From Anaerolineae bacterium (GTDB taxonomy: Bacteria > Chloroflexota > Anaerolineae > UBA4142), in NCBI GenBank assembly GCA_034433515.1, contig DAOUAL010000065.1, positions 6,688 through 70,687 on the forward strand: 64,000 nt of DNA, in the 5' to 3' direction. Position 1 is the stretch's first letter. Each line of letters opens with the position of its first letter. The position numbers and the translations under genes are program-made. This document shows positions 36,795 through 45,565 of this stretch, piece after piece. Below the pieces are notes generated by a model. That model searched no databases. It was not told the origin of the DNA and saw only the letters and a list, made by a program, of their open reading frames with translations.

Positions 36795-36823
36795 TTGACT
36801 TGCTTGACCGCACGTGCTAAAAT
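36795..36823 (+). promoter_or_regulatory. Sigma70-like promoter for iclR-family gene
   Basis: TTGACT (36795-36800), 17-nt spacer, TAAAAT (36818-36823). Confidence 0.5.
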
Positions 36824-37625
36824 GACATCCAGAAACCAAAGGGAGGCATCTCAATTGCCGCAACCACCTACGCGTGCCGTAGATCGAGCGCTTGAAATTC
36901 TCTTGTGTTTTAATCAAGATGAACCGGAACTGACGCTGACGCAGATTTCCGAGCGGGTTGGTGTGCACAAGAGTACGGTCTATCGTTTGCTGACCACGCT
37001 TGAGAATAAACGTTTCATTCAACGGGTTGAGGCGAACGGTACGTATCGTCTCGGACTGGGTTTGGTCAGACTAGGCGCGCTCGTTCTCAAAAGTAACAAC
37101 ATTCATCGTCAAGCCACGCCGTACATGCATCGTCTCTCCGCCGAGTACCGGGAAACCGTTGATTTGGCGATCTTGGACGGCGCCGAAGTGGTTTATCTCC
37201 AGGTTGTCGAAAGTCCGCAACGCGTGAAACTGGCAACCGCGCCGGGCGAACGGCTGCCGGCTTTTTGCACGGCGACAGGGAAAGCCTTTCTTGCCTTTTT
37301 GCCGGAAGCGCAAGTTCGAACGATTCTCAAGCGTGGAATGTCCAAGTACACCGAACACACGATCACCTCAATACCCCGGCTCCTCGAAGAGTTGCGTAAA
37401 ACTCGCGAGCGCGGGTTTGCCATCTCGGAACAAGAATTTGAAGCCGGGATCAATGCCGTCGCCGCACCGATCCTCGATGCCAACGCATACCCCTTGGCGG
37501 CGATGGCAATCGTCGGTCCAGCATTTCGATTGCCGTTGGAACGATTGATGCAAGTGGGCAAAACTTTGCGCGAAACCACTGATGCGATTGCGCGGGACAT
37601 TGGCCTAGCCCTGCAATTTTCATAG
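36822..37625 (+). CDS. IclR-family transcriptional regulator
   Basis: AVDRALEILLCF...LTLTQISERVGVHKSTVYRLL wHTH + C-terminal IclR effector domain. In-frame TTG 36855 (8 nt after GGGAGG) is a likely true start, because ATG 36822 overlaps the -10 box. Confidence 0.85.
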   Translation: MTSRNQREASQLPQPPTRAVDRALEILLCFNQDEPELTLTQISERVGVHKSTVYRLLTTLENKRFIQRVEANGTYRLGLGLVRLGALVLKSNNIHRQATPYMHRLSAEYRETVDLAILDGAEVVYLQVVESPQRVKLATAPGERLPAFCTATGKAFLAFLPEAQVRTILKRGMSKYTEHTITSIPRLLEELRKTRERGFAISEQEFEAGINAVAAPILDANAYPLAAMAIVGPAFRLPLERLMQVGKTLRETTDAIARDIGLALQFS

Positions 37626-37643
37626 ATCGTTCATTGACCAACT

Positions 37644-37678
37644 AAAAAAGCCAACAGGTAGCCACCTGTTGGCTTTTT
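37644..37678. terminator. Bidirectional rho-independent terminator
   Basis: AAAAAA-GCCAACAGG-TAGCCA-CCTGTTGGC-TTTTT between convergent iclR and yezD-like genes. Confidence 0.85.
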
Positions 37679-37721
37679 CAGCCAGAGAGGAGGGTTGAAA
37701 TTGGTCAGGATTAAAGAATCG

Positions 37722-37919
37722 CTATTTGTCTTCCTGGTTCTTGAGCGTGATAGGCGAAATTTGTGAACGCGTTGAAAGTCGGAGAGTCTCGGTGGTGGTG
37801 ATTTCAACGATATGACCCTGATGCACTCGAAAAATAATCTCGCCATGATCCAATCCATTGAGCGTCGTGCGGTTGATCTGCACGAGGCGGATGATTTCAT
37901 CGGCAAGCGTCTGACTCAT
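37722..37919 (-). CDS. YezD/DUF2292-like small protein
   Basis: 65 aa; ..GLDHGEIIFRVHQGHIVEITTTETLRL resembles the YezD family core. Confidence 0.5.
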   Translation of the reverse strand: MSQTLADEIIRLVQINRTTLNGLDHGEIIFRVHQGHIVEITTTETLRLSTRSQISPITLKNQEDK

Positions 37920-37949
37920 CGCATCCTCCCTAACTGGCTCCGTACGCTT

Positions 37950-39038
37950 TCAAACGACAACTTGAGCAGGATTTAATGCTTTGTACTTGCCCTTGTTGGC
38001 AGTGATTTCAAACGCCTCCGGTAATTTGTCGAGTCCTTGCAACACGTGCGTGATCGTTGGCTTGAGCGTAACCTGCCCAGTCGCAACAAGATGCACGGTG
38101 TACTCCATCAACTGGCGATTCGTCGGCGCGGGGAACAAGTACTTGATCGCTTGTGCGCGCAGTTGATTTAAATCCAAATCCACCGCACCATCGAACATTG
38201 CCACTTGGACCACTTTGCCCACATCGCGTACGACTTTGAACGCTTGCTTGAGCGTTGCCGCGCCGGCGAGTCCTTGTTTCGTGCTTCCCCCCGCCGCTTC
38301 AAACACGACATCCGCGCCTTTACCCCGGGTCAATTCCAGAATGCGCTTGACCGGGTCATCGGTGCGTGCGTTGATCGTTACATCCGCGCCAAACTTTTTT
38401 GAAAGTTCCAAAATGTCATCGCGGACATCAACGGTGATTGCCATCCCAGCACCCGACGCTTTGGCAATTTGCAAAACGGCGAGTCCCATCGTGCCTTGAC
38501 CAAAGATGACGATGGTGTCGCCCATTTGGAGTTCAGCGGTGTGTACAGCATCGGTTGAGCCGGTGAGCGCTTGGATGCACGCGCCTTCATTGTCCGATAC
38601 GTTCGCCGGCAGTTTGACAAAAATTTCCGCCGGTGCGCTGACGTACTCGGCAAAACAGCCCGGGATCTGCCGACCAACGGCGGGACCTTTGCGGCAATAA
38701 TCCGATTGCCCCGATAAACACAACGCGCATTGGTAGCACGGCATCCGCGAACGTCCACTTGCCACGCGATCACCCACTTGAAGACTTGTTACGCCTTCGC
38801 CCACTTGGACAACCACGCCGGCAAATTCGTGTCCCAGCAATTGGACCGGCGCGTGTTGGGCAATTGCCTCGCGCACGTAATCGGCACCAAGCGTTTCTTC
38901 GCCACGCGCACGAATGACTTCGGTTACACTCGGTTGTGTTACGGTTACCTTGACAACAACTCCGCCCGGTTGCACTTGAGGGTCGGGTACCTCGTCCAAA
39001 CGCATGTCATTGATTGCATAGAATCGCCACGCTTTCAT
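37950..39038 (-). CDS. Zinc-dependent alcohol dehydrogenase (MDR family)
   Basis: GHEFAG catalytic Zn motif, CYQCALCLSGQSDYC structural Zn motif, GQGTMG NAD motif; ATG 39038 after AGGAG. Confidence 0.8.
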   Translation of the reverse strand: MKAWRFYAINDMRLDEVPDPQVQPGGVVVKVTVTQPSVTEVIRARGEETLGADYVREAIAQHAPVQLLGHEFAGVVVQVGEGVTSLQVGDRVASGRSRMPCYQCALCLSGQSDYCRKGPAVGRQIPGCFAEYVSAPAEIFVKLPANVSDNEGACIQALTGSTDAVHTAELQMGDTIVIFGQGTMGLAVLQIAKASGAGMAITVDVRDDILELSKKFGADVTINARTDDPVKRILELTRGKGADVVFEAAGGSTKQGLAGAATLKQAFKVVRDVGKVVQVAMFDGAVDLDLNQLRAQAIKYLFPAPTNRQLMEYTVHLVATGQVTLKPTITHVLQGLDKLPEAFEITANKGKYKALNPAQVVV

Positions 39039-39109
39039 TTCGTTGATTGCTCCTATCTTAATTTGGTCTTGCGCACAAAATTTTATCTCTGTGCTCTCTG
39101 TGGCGCACA

Positions 39110-39481
39110 CTAGTTCTTCGCCGGAATGTTGTGTTCGGTCAACGCAATGCCTTCGCGCATTTCTTTGATGTCAACCGACAATGACAAATAGCCGTCCTTG
39201 AACCGATGACCGAAAAATTCTTTGAGCACCGCCATCACACGGCGCGCCGCGTCTTGCTGTACTTCTACCGGGCGTCCTTCGCGAATCAACAAACCGACGT
39301 GAACGAACGCATACGCCGGATCGCCGTCCGCAATTCGATAATCGGTGAGACGTACCGCGCGACTTTTGATGCCTTTCAAGTTCACCGCGCCGGTTGCCAC
39401 GAGTTCATCGTGCAAACGTGCTAGAACCGGTTGCACGTCAAAGTTGAGATTGTCAGTATATTCGAGCGTGAGATGTGGCAT
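39110..39481 (-). CDS. 5-carboxymethyl-2-hydroxymuconate isomerase (CHMI) family tautomerase/isomerase
   Basis: MPHLTLEYTDNL.. N-terminal Pro start and length (~123 aa) typical of CHMI; RBS GAGGAAG. Confidence 0.75.
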   Translation of the reverse strand: MPHLTLEYTDNLNFDVQPVLARLHDELVATGAVNLKGIKSRAVRLTDYRIADGDPAYAFVHVGLLIREGRPVEVQQDAARRVMAVLKEFFGHRFKDGYLSLSVDIKEMREGIALTEHNIPAKN

Positions 39482-39512
39482 ACTCTTCTTCCTCACTGAT
39501 GTTAGCAGTTTC

Positions 39513-39584
39513 ACCGCCGAGTACGCCGAGTTCGCCGAGAAAATTATTTTTTAAAAACCCCGCGTTCTCTGCGCGCTCGGCGGT
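39513..39584. repeat. 9-mer tandem array (CGCCGAGnn x3) with distal inverted copy
   Basis: CGCCGAG at 39515, 39524, 39533; ACCGCCGAG (39513-39521) complementary to CTCGGCGGT (39576-39584). Confidence 0.75.
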
Positions 39585-39587
39585 AAA

Positions 39588-40547
39588 TCATTCCTCAATC
39601 GGCGGTGTGCCGCGTTTGTGGAATGCTTCAATCGTTTTCAAGCCCCACGCCTGTCCCTTTTTGCGTTCGGCTTCGCTCCACACAATCGGTTTCCAATCGG
39701 GCGCAAGAATCAAACGCGCACCCGCCGTTGCAATTTCAAAACGATTGCCGCCCGGCTCGTACACGTACAGAAAGAACGTTTGCTGAATCGCGTGCTTATG
39801 CGGACCACTTTCGATGAACACGCCGTGCTCAAGACAAATATCCGCCGCACGCAAAATATCCTCGCGATTGTCCACCGCGTATGTAATGTGATGCAAGCGT
39901 CCGTGTGCGCCGTAATAGTCTTCCGAAATCGCCACCTCGTACGATTTGTTGCACACCGTGACCCACGCCGCCTTTTCCGAACCATCGTCAAAAATGATTT
40001 GTTCGGTCAGGCGACAGCCCAACACATCTTGCATAAATTGCCGATTGGCGCGCACATCGGCGGCGAGCAAGTTAATGTGATCAATCCGACGCAAACCGAC
40101 GCCGTGGTGCGGAAATCGCGACGCTTGATTCTTGAGCGCGGGACGCCGTTCGGGTGTCGGCGTATACCATTCAGTCTCGTAATAAATTTCGATGTTGTGT
40201 CCGTCCGGATCGGTGAATTGGTACGTTGCGCCATGTCCCAGATCACCATCGCTCCAGCCCTTGCCCAAGCCGGATTTTTCGATTGCCGCTACACGGCGTT
40301 GCAATGCTTGTGGACTCGACGCGCGAAACGCATAATGGCCCAAGCCGGGTTTCGCGGAGGCGGTCAATTTCAAACTGTGATGTTCGTAATCATCCCAGCC
40401 GCGCAGATACACTGAATCCCCTTGCCGCGCGGTCTCGTACATTCCCATCACATCCACGAAAAAGTGGCGGCTCTCTTCTAACTTGGGCGTTAGCAATTCG
40501 ACGTGCGCCAGATGCGCTAAATCGTAAATCGGTTCTGGTGGTTCCAT
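39588..40547 (-). CDS. Type I extradiol ring-cleavage dioxygenase (VOC superfamily; catechol/homoprotocatechuate 2,3-dioxygenase-like)
   Basis: Two VOC modules; LAHVELLTP..S..FF..V.G, HHSL.L, HINL, HHITY, metal-ligand pattern of catechol 2,3-dioxygenases. Confidence 0.8.
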   Translation of the reverse strand: MEPPEPIYDLAHLAHVELLTPKLEESRHFFVDVMGMYETARQGDSVYLRGWDDYEHHSLKLTASAKPGLGHYAFRASSPQALQRRVAAIEKSGLGKGWSDGDLGHGATYQFTDPDGHNIEIYYETEWYTPTPERRPALKNQASRFPHHGVGLRRIDHINLLAADVRANRQFMQDVLGCRLTEQIIFDDGSEKAAWVTVCNKSYEVAISEDYYGAHGRLHHITYAVDNREDILRAADICLEHGVFIESGPHKHAIQQTFFLYVYEPGGNRFEIATAGARLILAPDWKPIVWSEAERKKGQAWGLKTIEAFHKRGTPPIEE

Positions 40548-40548
40548 A

Positions 40549-41181
40549 TTACTGCTTCCGATTTCGTTCCACGTACTCGCGCAAGCCGTGAAGATCGTAC
40601 GAGGTTTGACCGGCGACAAGTTTCTCGCGCAAGCGTGCCTCGCGTTCAAAACGATCCTGAGATGCTTTAAGCACCTGTGCTATCCGTTCGCGCTTGACGC
40701 ACACGGCGCCATCCGTATCTAGGATGACAATATCGTTCGGCGCGATGGTGGTACCCCCCACTGTAACTGGCACATTCAGTTCGCCGATTTTCGTTTTACT
40801 CGCGCCCTTGACGCGGATAAAGCGCGTCCAAATCGGCAGGCCCAGTTTCACGAGTTCTTCGACATCGCGCACCGCCGCATCCACCAGAATCGCCGCCGCA
40901 CCGTGCACCTTAACTTGCGTTGCCAACAATTCACCAACCAGTGCGACCGGGGCTGGTTCCGGCATTGTCAGTACCAACACATCGCCGGGTTGAATGTGTT
41001 CAATGACCGCGTGCACCATCAAATTATCATCTTGACCACACAGCACGGTGCGCGCAGGCCCCGCCGTGCGACTGCCGGGGATGATTTGAATCAGTGGCAC
41101 ATCAATTAAACCTTCGCGCCCGGCCGCTTCGTAAACCGTGGCGACCCCCAGTTCGCTCAAGCGTTTCATTTCATCGCTCAT
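40549..41181 (-). CDS. RraA-family protein, probable HMG/CHA-type pyruvate aldolase
   Basis: ATVYEA..R.G......I.P......GPA.TV, GD.LV......A..GEL......GAA...VD...RD motif order of RraA/LigK/GalC family; ATGA coupling. Confidence 0.75.
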   Translation of the reverse strand: MSDEMKRLSELGVATVYEAAGREGLIDVPLIQIIPGSRTAGPARTVLCGQDDNLMVHAVIEHIQPGDVLVLTMPEPAPVALVGELLATQVKVHGAAAILVDAAVRDVEELVKLGLPIWTRFIRVKGASKTKIGELNVPVTVGGTTIAPNDIVILDTDGAVCVKRERIAQVLKASQDRFEREARLREKLVAGQTSYDLHGLREYVERNRKQ

Positions 41182-41894
41182 AAACTTTTCACCACCCACG
41201 GCAGCGTGCGTTGCAATGCTTCGGCATATTTGATTTCTTCCCTTCCGGAAATTCGGCGGGCGTGATTGCCACGCCGTGCGGCGAGTTCGGTATAGTACGT
41301 TTGCAAATAACTTTGCGCTTGCATTGCTTGCATCGCCTTGATTTTCTTGTCCATCACCGGCGTGATGTCAACAAAAGTATTCGGTACAAATTCGCACAAC
41401 TCCGGTTGATGTGGCTCGAACAGATACAAGTCTGGGGGAACGATTCGCTTGAACGCGCTTGCTACACCCGCACCCGATGCGAGCAAGCGCGCTTTGTGCA
41501 CGGCTTGATAGGCAACCGGATGATCGGGGTTGAAGGGATCCACCGGTGTGTGCGTGAGCACAATGTCCGGCTGTAGTTCGCGGAAGAGTTCGATCAACTG
41601 CTCCATCGCCGCATCGGTGAGGGTGAGTGGATAATCGCCCACGTCGAGGGCGCGAAATGTTGCGCCGACGGCTTCGGCAGCGGCGGTGGCTTCCGCGTGA
41701 CGAATGCGCTTGACGTTTTCGATGGTTTGTCCCGGCTCTTTCCACAATTCGCCGGACTCGCCGCGTTCGCCGTACGATAAGGCGACGACGGTGGCGGTGC
41801 CGCCTTGTGACGTAATCACCGCAATCGTTCCCGCCGCGCGCCACACAAAATCGGCGGAATGCGCGCCGACGACGAGGAGATTCTTTTTGCTCAT
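41178..41894 (-). CDS. PIG-L/LmbE-family hydrolase (GalB-like candidate 4-oxalomesaconate hydratase)
   Basis: LLVVGAHSADFVW...ALSYGERGES...THTPVDPFNPDH; ATGA overlaps at both ends. Confidence 0.7.
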   Translation of the reverse strand: MSKKNLLVVGAHSADFVWRAAGTIAVITSQGGTATVVALSYGERGESGELWKEPGQTIENVKRIRHAEATAAAEAVGATFRALDVGDYPLTLTDAAMEQLIELFRELQPDIVLTHTPVDPFNPDHPVAYQAVHKARLLASGAGVASAFKRIVPPDLYLFEPHQPELCEFVPNTFVDITPVMDKKIKAMQAMQAQSYLQTYYTELAARRGNHARRISGREEIKYAEALQRTLPWVVKSL

Positions 41895-43030
41895 TCGGAC
41901 ACCCTTTTGATTTCGTCGTTCACATATTCCATATCGAACCACCATTTGTTCTGCGGATGGGCTTGACCCGGCTTGAGCAGACCAGCGGCTCTAATCGCAA
42001 TAGTTTGAGCCAGCCGCGAATGCATCACCGCGTGGCGTACCAAATTATGAGGCAGGGTGGTGGGATTGCTCCACGGACAACTCTTGACGCACCGATTACA
42101 CATCGTTCCTTTTTTATTGGTGAAATTGAAACTGGCACAGCGTCGTACATCCAACTTCCATGTTTCGTAACCGTTGTACATCACTTTATCGCCGGACGAG
42201 ATCGCATGGCTGGGACAATTCTCTGCACAAATTTTGCATTTCTGACAAAAACTCTGCAAGCCGAAATCAATCGGTTTGTCCGGCACCAGCGGCATATTCG
42301 TCAAGATGGCGGCGGCTTTGAACGCGAGACCCCAAAATGGATTCAGAATAATTCCAACGCGGCTTACTTCACCGATGCCTGCCGCAAGCAACAAGGGTGG
42401 GAATAATACGGAATAACGATTGACGAACGAAGGTCCGTACTGCGCTGATGCATCCCAGCCTAACCGTCGAATATAATTTGCCATCGTTTCGACAACCATG
42501 CCAAGGTGTTGGTACGCTTGGAAACTAATCGGATCACCGACCCAATCCGATCCTTGCGAAGCGTGCATCGTGTTCCAATCTTTGCGCATGACGATGATGA
42601 TGGCATTCTCGTACTGGGGTTCAATCGGATTACCTTGTTTGTCGTGGCTCTAGTAGGCGGACAGCGGTACTTGGCAGGTGCCAACGATGTCGGCTTTCAA
42701 GAAATAGCCGGTCGCTTTGATGTGGCGTGTCAGAACTTGTGGGATTGGTGCGTGTTCCGGTGCGCCCGGCTTGGCTGGCATCAAGGCGATGTGATCAATA
42801 ACATCTTTTTGTGCCGCCGAGAGTGGATATTTGCCGGGCAAGATTTTCTGCACACCTTTTTGAACGACAGGCCCATATTCACCGCGTGCGGCCAGACCAT
42901 ACGCCGTGTTGCGCAGATCAATGCGTTGGACATTATCGGTGATAAGGTTGGTGGGCTTGTCCACGCGCTTGAGGCGATCCATTGGAAAAGGTCCCAATTG
43001 TTCTTGACTGTGCAAAATATCTGATTTCAT
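41891..43030 (-). pseudogene. Reductive dehalogenase (RdhA)-like gene, cytoplasmic type, interrupted by one in-frame TAG at 42650-42652
   Basis: ORFs 42650-43030 and 41891-42589 share a frame (1140 nt). FCQKCKICAENCPSHAI and CNRCVKSCPWSNP are RdhA-type FeS motifs. No twin-arginine signal. Confidence 0.65.
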
Positions 43031-43041
43031 TGCTTGCTTAG

Positions 43042-43096
43042 GGAATGTGGCGATGACGGATAAGGTCGGCGTTGATGTTAGTCATCGCCACATTCC
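43042..43096. other. 16-bp perfect inverted repeat GGAATGTGGCGATGAC / GTCATCGCCACATTCC, 23-nt spacer
   Basis: Read directly between SBP stop and rdhA-like start. Confidence 0.6.
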
Positions 43097-43118
43097 AGTT
43101 ACTCGTTGAAAGGATTAG

Positions 43119-44483
43119 TTAGCGTTTGTCAAACGCGGGAGCCGGGTAAGCCAGTTTGGCAGTGGCGTGTTCCAGAGGCCAAACGATTTCGAGTTTGCCC
43201 TTCTGCCATTGCACCATCGGGTTCAGCACTTTGCCTGTGCCATCCGCGTTGAAGGTGACTGGCCCGATCACTGTCGTCATATTGGTAGCGGCAATGGCAT
43301 CACGAATTTTATCGCGATCCAATGTGCCGGCTTTTTCGATCGCGGCGGCGAGAATTTGGACGCAGGCATACGCAGGACCGGTCAACAAATCGGCGGGGCG
43401 CTTGAATTCTGCTTGGTACGCCGCGTTGAGTTTATCCACCCCCGGGAATTTCATTGCATTGTGCCAACCCGGGAAGATCGCCACATAGTCACCGTTCTTG
43501 CCGAGGTTGGTGCTCCACGTCACATTTTCCGGTGCGCGGATGATCAAACTAAACTTGGGCGTCCAAGCATTTTCGACCATTTGCTTGAACAGAGCTTCGC
43601 CGCTGGGTTGATTGGGCAACGCCAGAAGCAGCTCTGCCCCAGCCGACTTGGCTTTGAGAATCATGGCGGTAAAGTCGAGATTGCCAACGGCGTACTGCTC
43701 GTCCACCACCACGGTATATCCGTTCTTGGCGGCATTTTCTTTCCACAACGCTTGTTGCTCAAGCCCCCAATCCGATTTTTCTGCAAAGATCGCAACTTTG
43801 AGTGGTCGTTGACCTTCGGGGATCAGCGCGTTGAGAATTGTGAAGGTATCCGGTCCTTGTTGCACCGATTTGGGGAACGGTGAGAAGACATACTTGTAGC
43901 CCTTTTGGTGAATCGCGTTCAGCGCGAAAGCGATACCGAGGTACGGAACCTTGTTCTTTTCGGCGATGGCGGTTGTCGCGACATGCATATCACTGGCGGC
44001 ACCTCCTAGGTACGCTACCACTTTTTGATCGGAGAACAGGGTCTCTAACTTGCTCACCGCTTTGGTGGGGTCAGATTCATCATCGTACACGGTCAGGCGT
44101 AACGGAATCTTTTTATCGTATTCCTTGACATAGATTCCGCCCGTTGCATTGATGTCATTCACTGCATAGGTGTACCCTGGCTTGACTTGTTGACCCAGAG
44201 AACCAAATTTGCCCGTGAGTGGGATGGACGCGCCGATCTCGATGTAAGCAGGTGCCGGCTTGGGCGTGGGTGCCGCAGTGGGGGGAACCGTTGGGGGCTT
44301 GGTGGCTGGCACCGGCGTGGGCGCAACGCTAGAAGCAGAACTCGAGGCTGGCGGTTGAGTCGGTGCCGCTGTTGGCGGAACTGGCGTGGGGGCTGGCGTT
44401 GGCGTGGCACACGCAGCGATAACGACCACAAGAGCCACGAGGCAAACGATCCGTACGACCCAATTCAAATGACGCTTGTTCAC
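43119..44483 (-). CDS. ABC transporter substrate-binding lipoprotein (LivJ/HAAT-type, family 4 SBP)
   Basis: GTG 44483 is 7 nt after GAGGAGGAAAG; signal + lipobox VIAAC; long P/T/A linker; then Peripla_BP_6-like body (IGASIPLTGKF..). Confidence 0.85.
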   Translation of the reverse strand: MNKRHLNWVVRIVCLVALVVVIAACATPTPAPTPVPPTAAPTQPPASSSASSVAPTPVPATKPPTVPPTAAPTPKPAPAYIEIGASIPLTGKFGSLGQQVKPGYTYAVNDINATGGIYVKEYDKKIPLRLTVYDDESDPTKAVSKLETLFSDQKVVAYLGGAASDMHVATTAIAEKNKVPYLGIAFALNAIHQKGYKYVFSPFPKSVQQGPDTFTILNALIPEGQRPLKVAIFAEKSDWGLEQQALWKENAAKNGYTVVVDEQYAVGNLDFTAMILKAKSAGAELLLALPNQPSGEALFKQMVENAWTPKFSLIIRAPENVTWSTNLGKNGDYVAIFPGWHNAMKFPGVDKLNAAYQAEFKRPADLLTGPAYACVQILAAAIEKAGTLDRDKIRDAIAATNMTTVIGPVTFNADGTGKVLNPMVQWQKGKLEIVWPLEHATAKLAYPAPAFDKR

Positions 44484-44617
44484 AGTTCTTTCCTCCTCTT
44501 CGTTAAGAATGGTAGACTGACATTGTCCACTGGTGTTCGACAAACGAGTGTTTTGTGATCTTCTATCCCCCCTTTCCCTTTTGGATGGCATTGCAGAGAT
44601 GCCATCACGTTCGGGTT

Positions 44618-45562
44618 TCAAGCCAGTTGCACTTGTTTTTTGACTGCGCCCCGGCTCAATCGTTTTTGAATCTTGCTCCAGATGCTCACAAAGCCGCCGG
44701 GCAAGAACAAGACCACGAGAATAAAGAGTGTGCCGAAGATAATCACGTGGAATTCCGCAAAGTTCAGTGCCAAGAGTTCTCGCAGGATGACGAAAAACAC
44801 CGCACCGATGACGGGACCTACAATCGTGCCCACGCCACCGATGTATGCCATCATCATCGAATCAAACGTCCATTCCGGACCAAAGGTCAATTGCGGATAG
44901 TAACCGACGTGATAAAAAGCAAAGGCACCGCCGGTCAGCCCGCCAAAGAACGCGCTAATGCTCAACGCAAGTAGTTTGTGCTTTAACGCGCTGACCCCCA
45001 GCGATTCCGCCGCATCTTCTTCTTCGCGGACGGCCATAATTCCCAGCCCAAGCCAGGAATTCACCAGGACATAGGCGGTTCCAACCGTGAATAGCGCTAC
45101 GCCCAAGAACAAATAGTATCGCGGAACAAGCGAATACACTGCCAAGTCTTGGACGGGGATCGAGGAGATGGTCGAGAAGGTGTTTCCTACTGTGATGTAG
45201 AGAATCTGCGAAAGGGCGAGCGTGCCGATGGCAAAGTACACCCCTCTCAGGCGGAAGGCAGGCACACCGATGATGAGCGCCAATGCGACTGCAACCAAGG
45301 CACCGACCAACATGGTGGGAAGGATATGCCATCCCGCAAACCACAGCATTCGTGTAACGAGCGTTCCCGAGCCAAAAAATGCGGCATGACCCAGGTTCGT
45401 TTGTCCGCTAAAGCCGCCCAAGATGTTCCAACTCGAAGCGATGGACACATACAAAAGGACATAGACGGCGAGGTTGAGTATGCTCTCTGCTGTGATGAAC
45501 ATTGGCACGCTGGCGAGAAGTACAATGAGAAGGATGACTAGAATGGCTTGGATTTTATTCAT
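44618..45562 (-). CDS. HAAT-family ABC permease (LivM-type)
   Basis: 314 aa polytopic; GQTNLGHAAFFG.G motif. Confidence 0.85.
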   Translation of the reverse strand: MNKIQAILVILLIVLLASVPMFITAESILNLAVYVLLYVSIASSWNILGGFSGQTNLGHAAFFGSGTLVTRMLWFAGWHILPTMLVGALVAVALALIIGVPAFRLRGVYFAIGTLALSQILYITVGNTFSTISSIPVQDLAVYSLVPRYYLFLGVALFTVGTAYVLVNSWLGLGIMAVREEEDAAESLGVSALKHKLLALSISAFFGGLTGGAFAFYHVGYYPQLTFGPEWTFDSMMMAYIGGVGTIVGPVIGAVFFVILRELLALNFAEFHVIIFGTLFILVVLFLPGGFVSIWSKIQKRLSRGAVKKQVQLA

Positions 45563-45565
45563 GGG

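Noticed and set aside
42650-42652. TAG read as pyrrolysine
   Set aside because: No pylTSBCD genes or other TAG-interrupted genes are visible in the window, and the aligned residue in RdhA proteins is Tyr. A nonsense mutation or a sequencing error is simpler. Pyrrolysine cannot be fully excluded without the whole genome.
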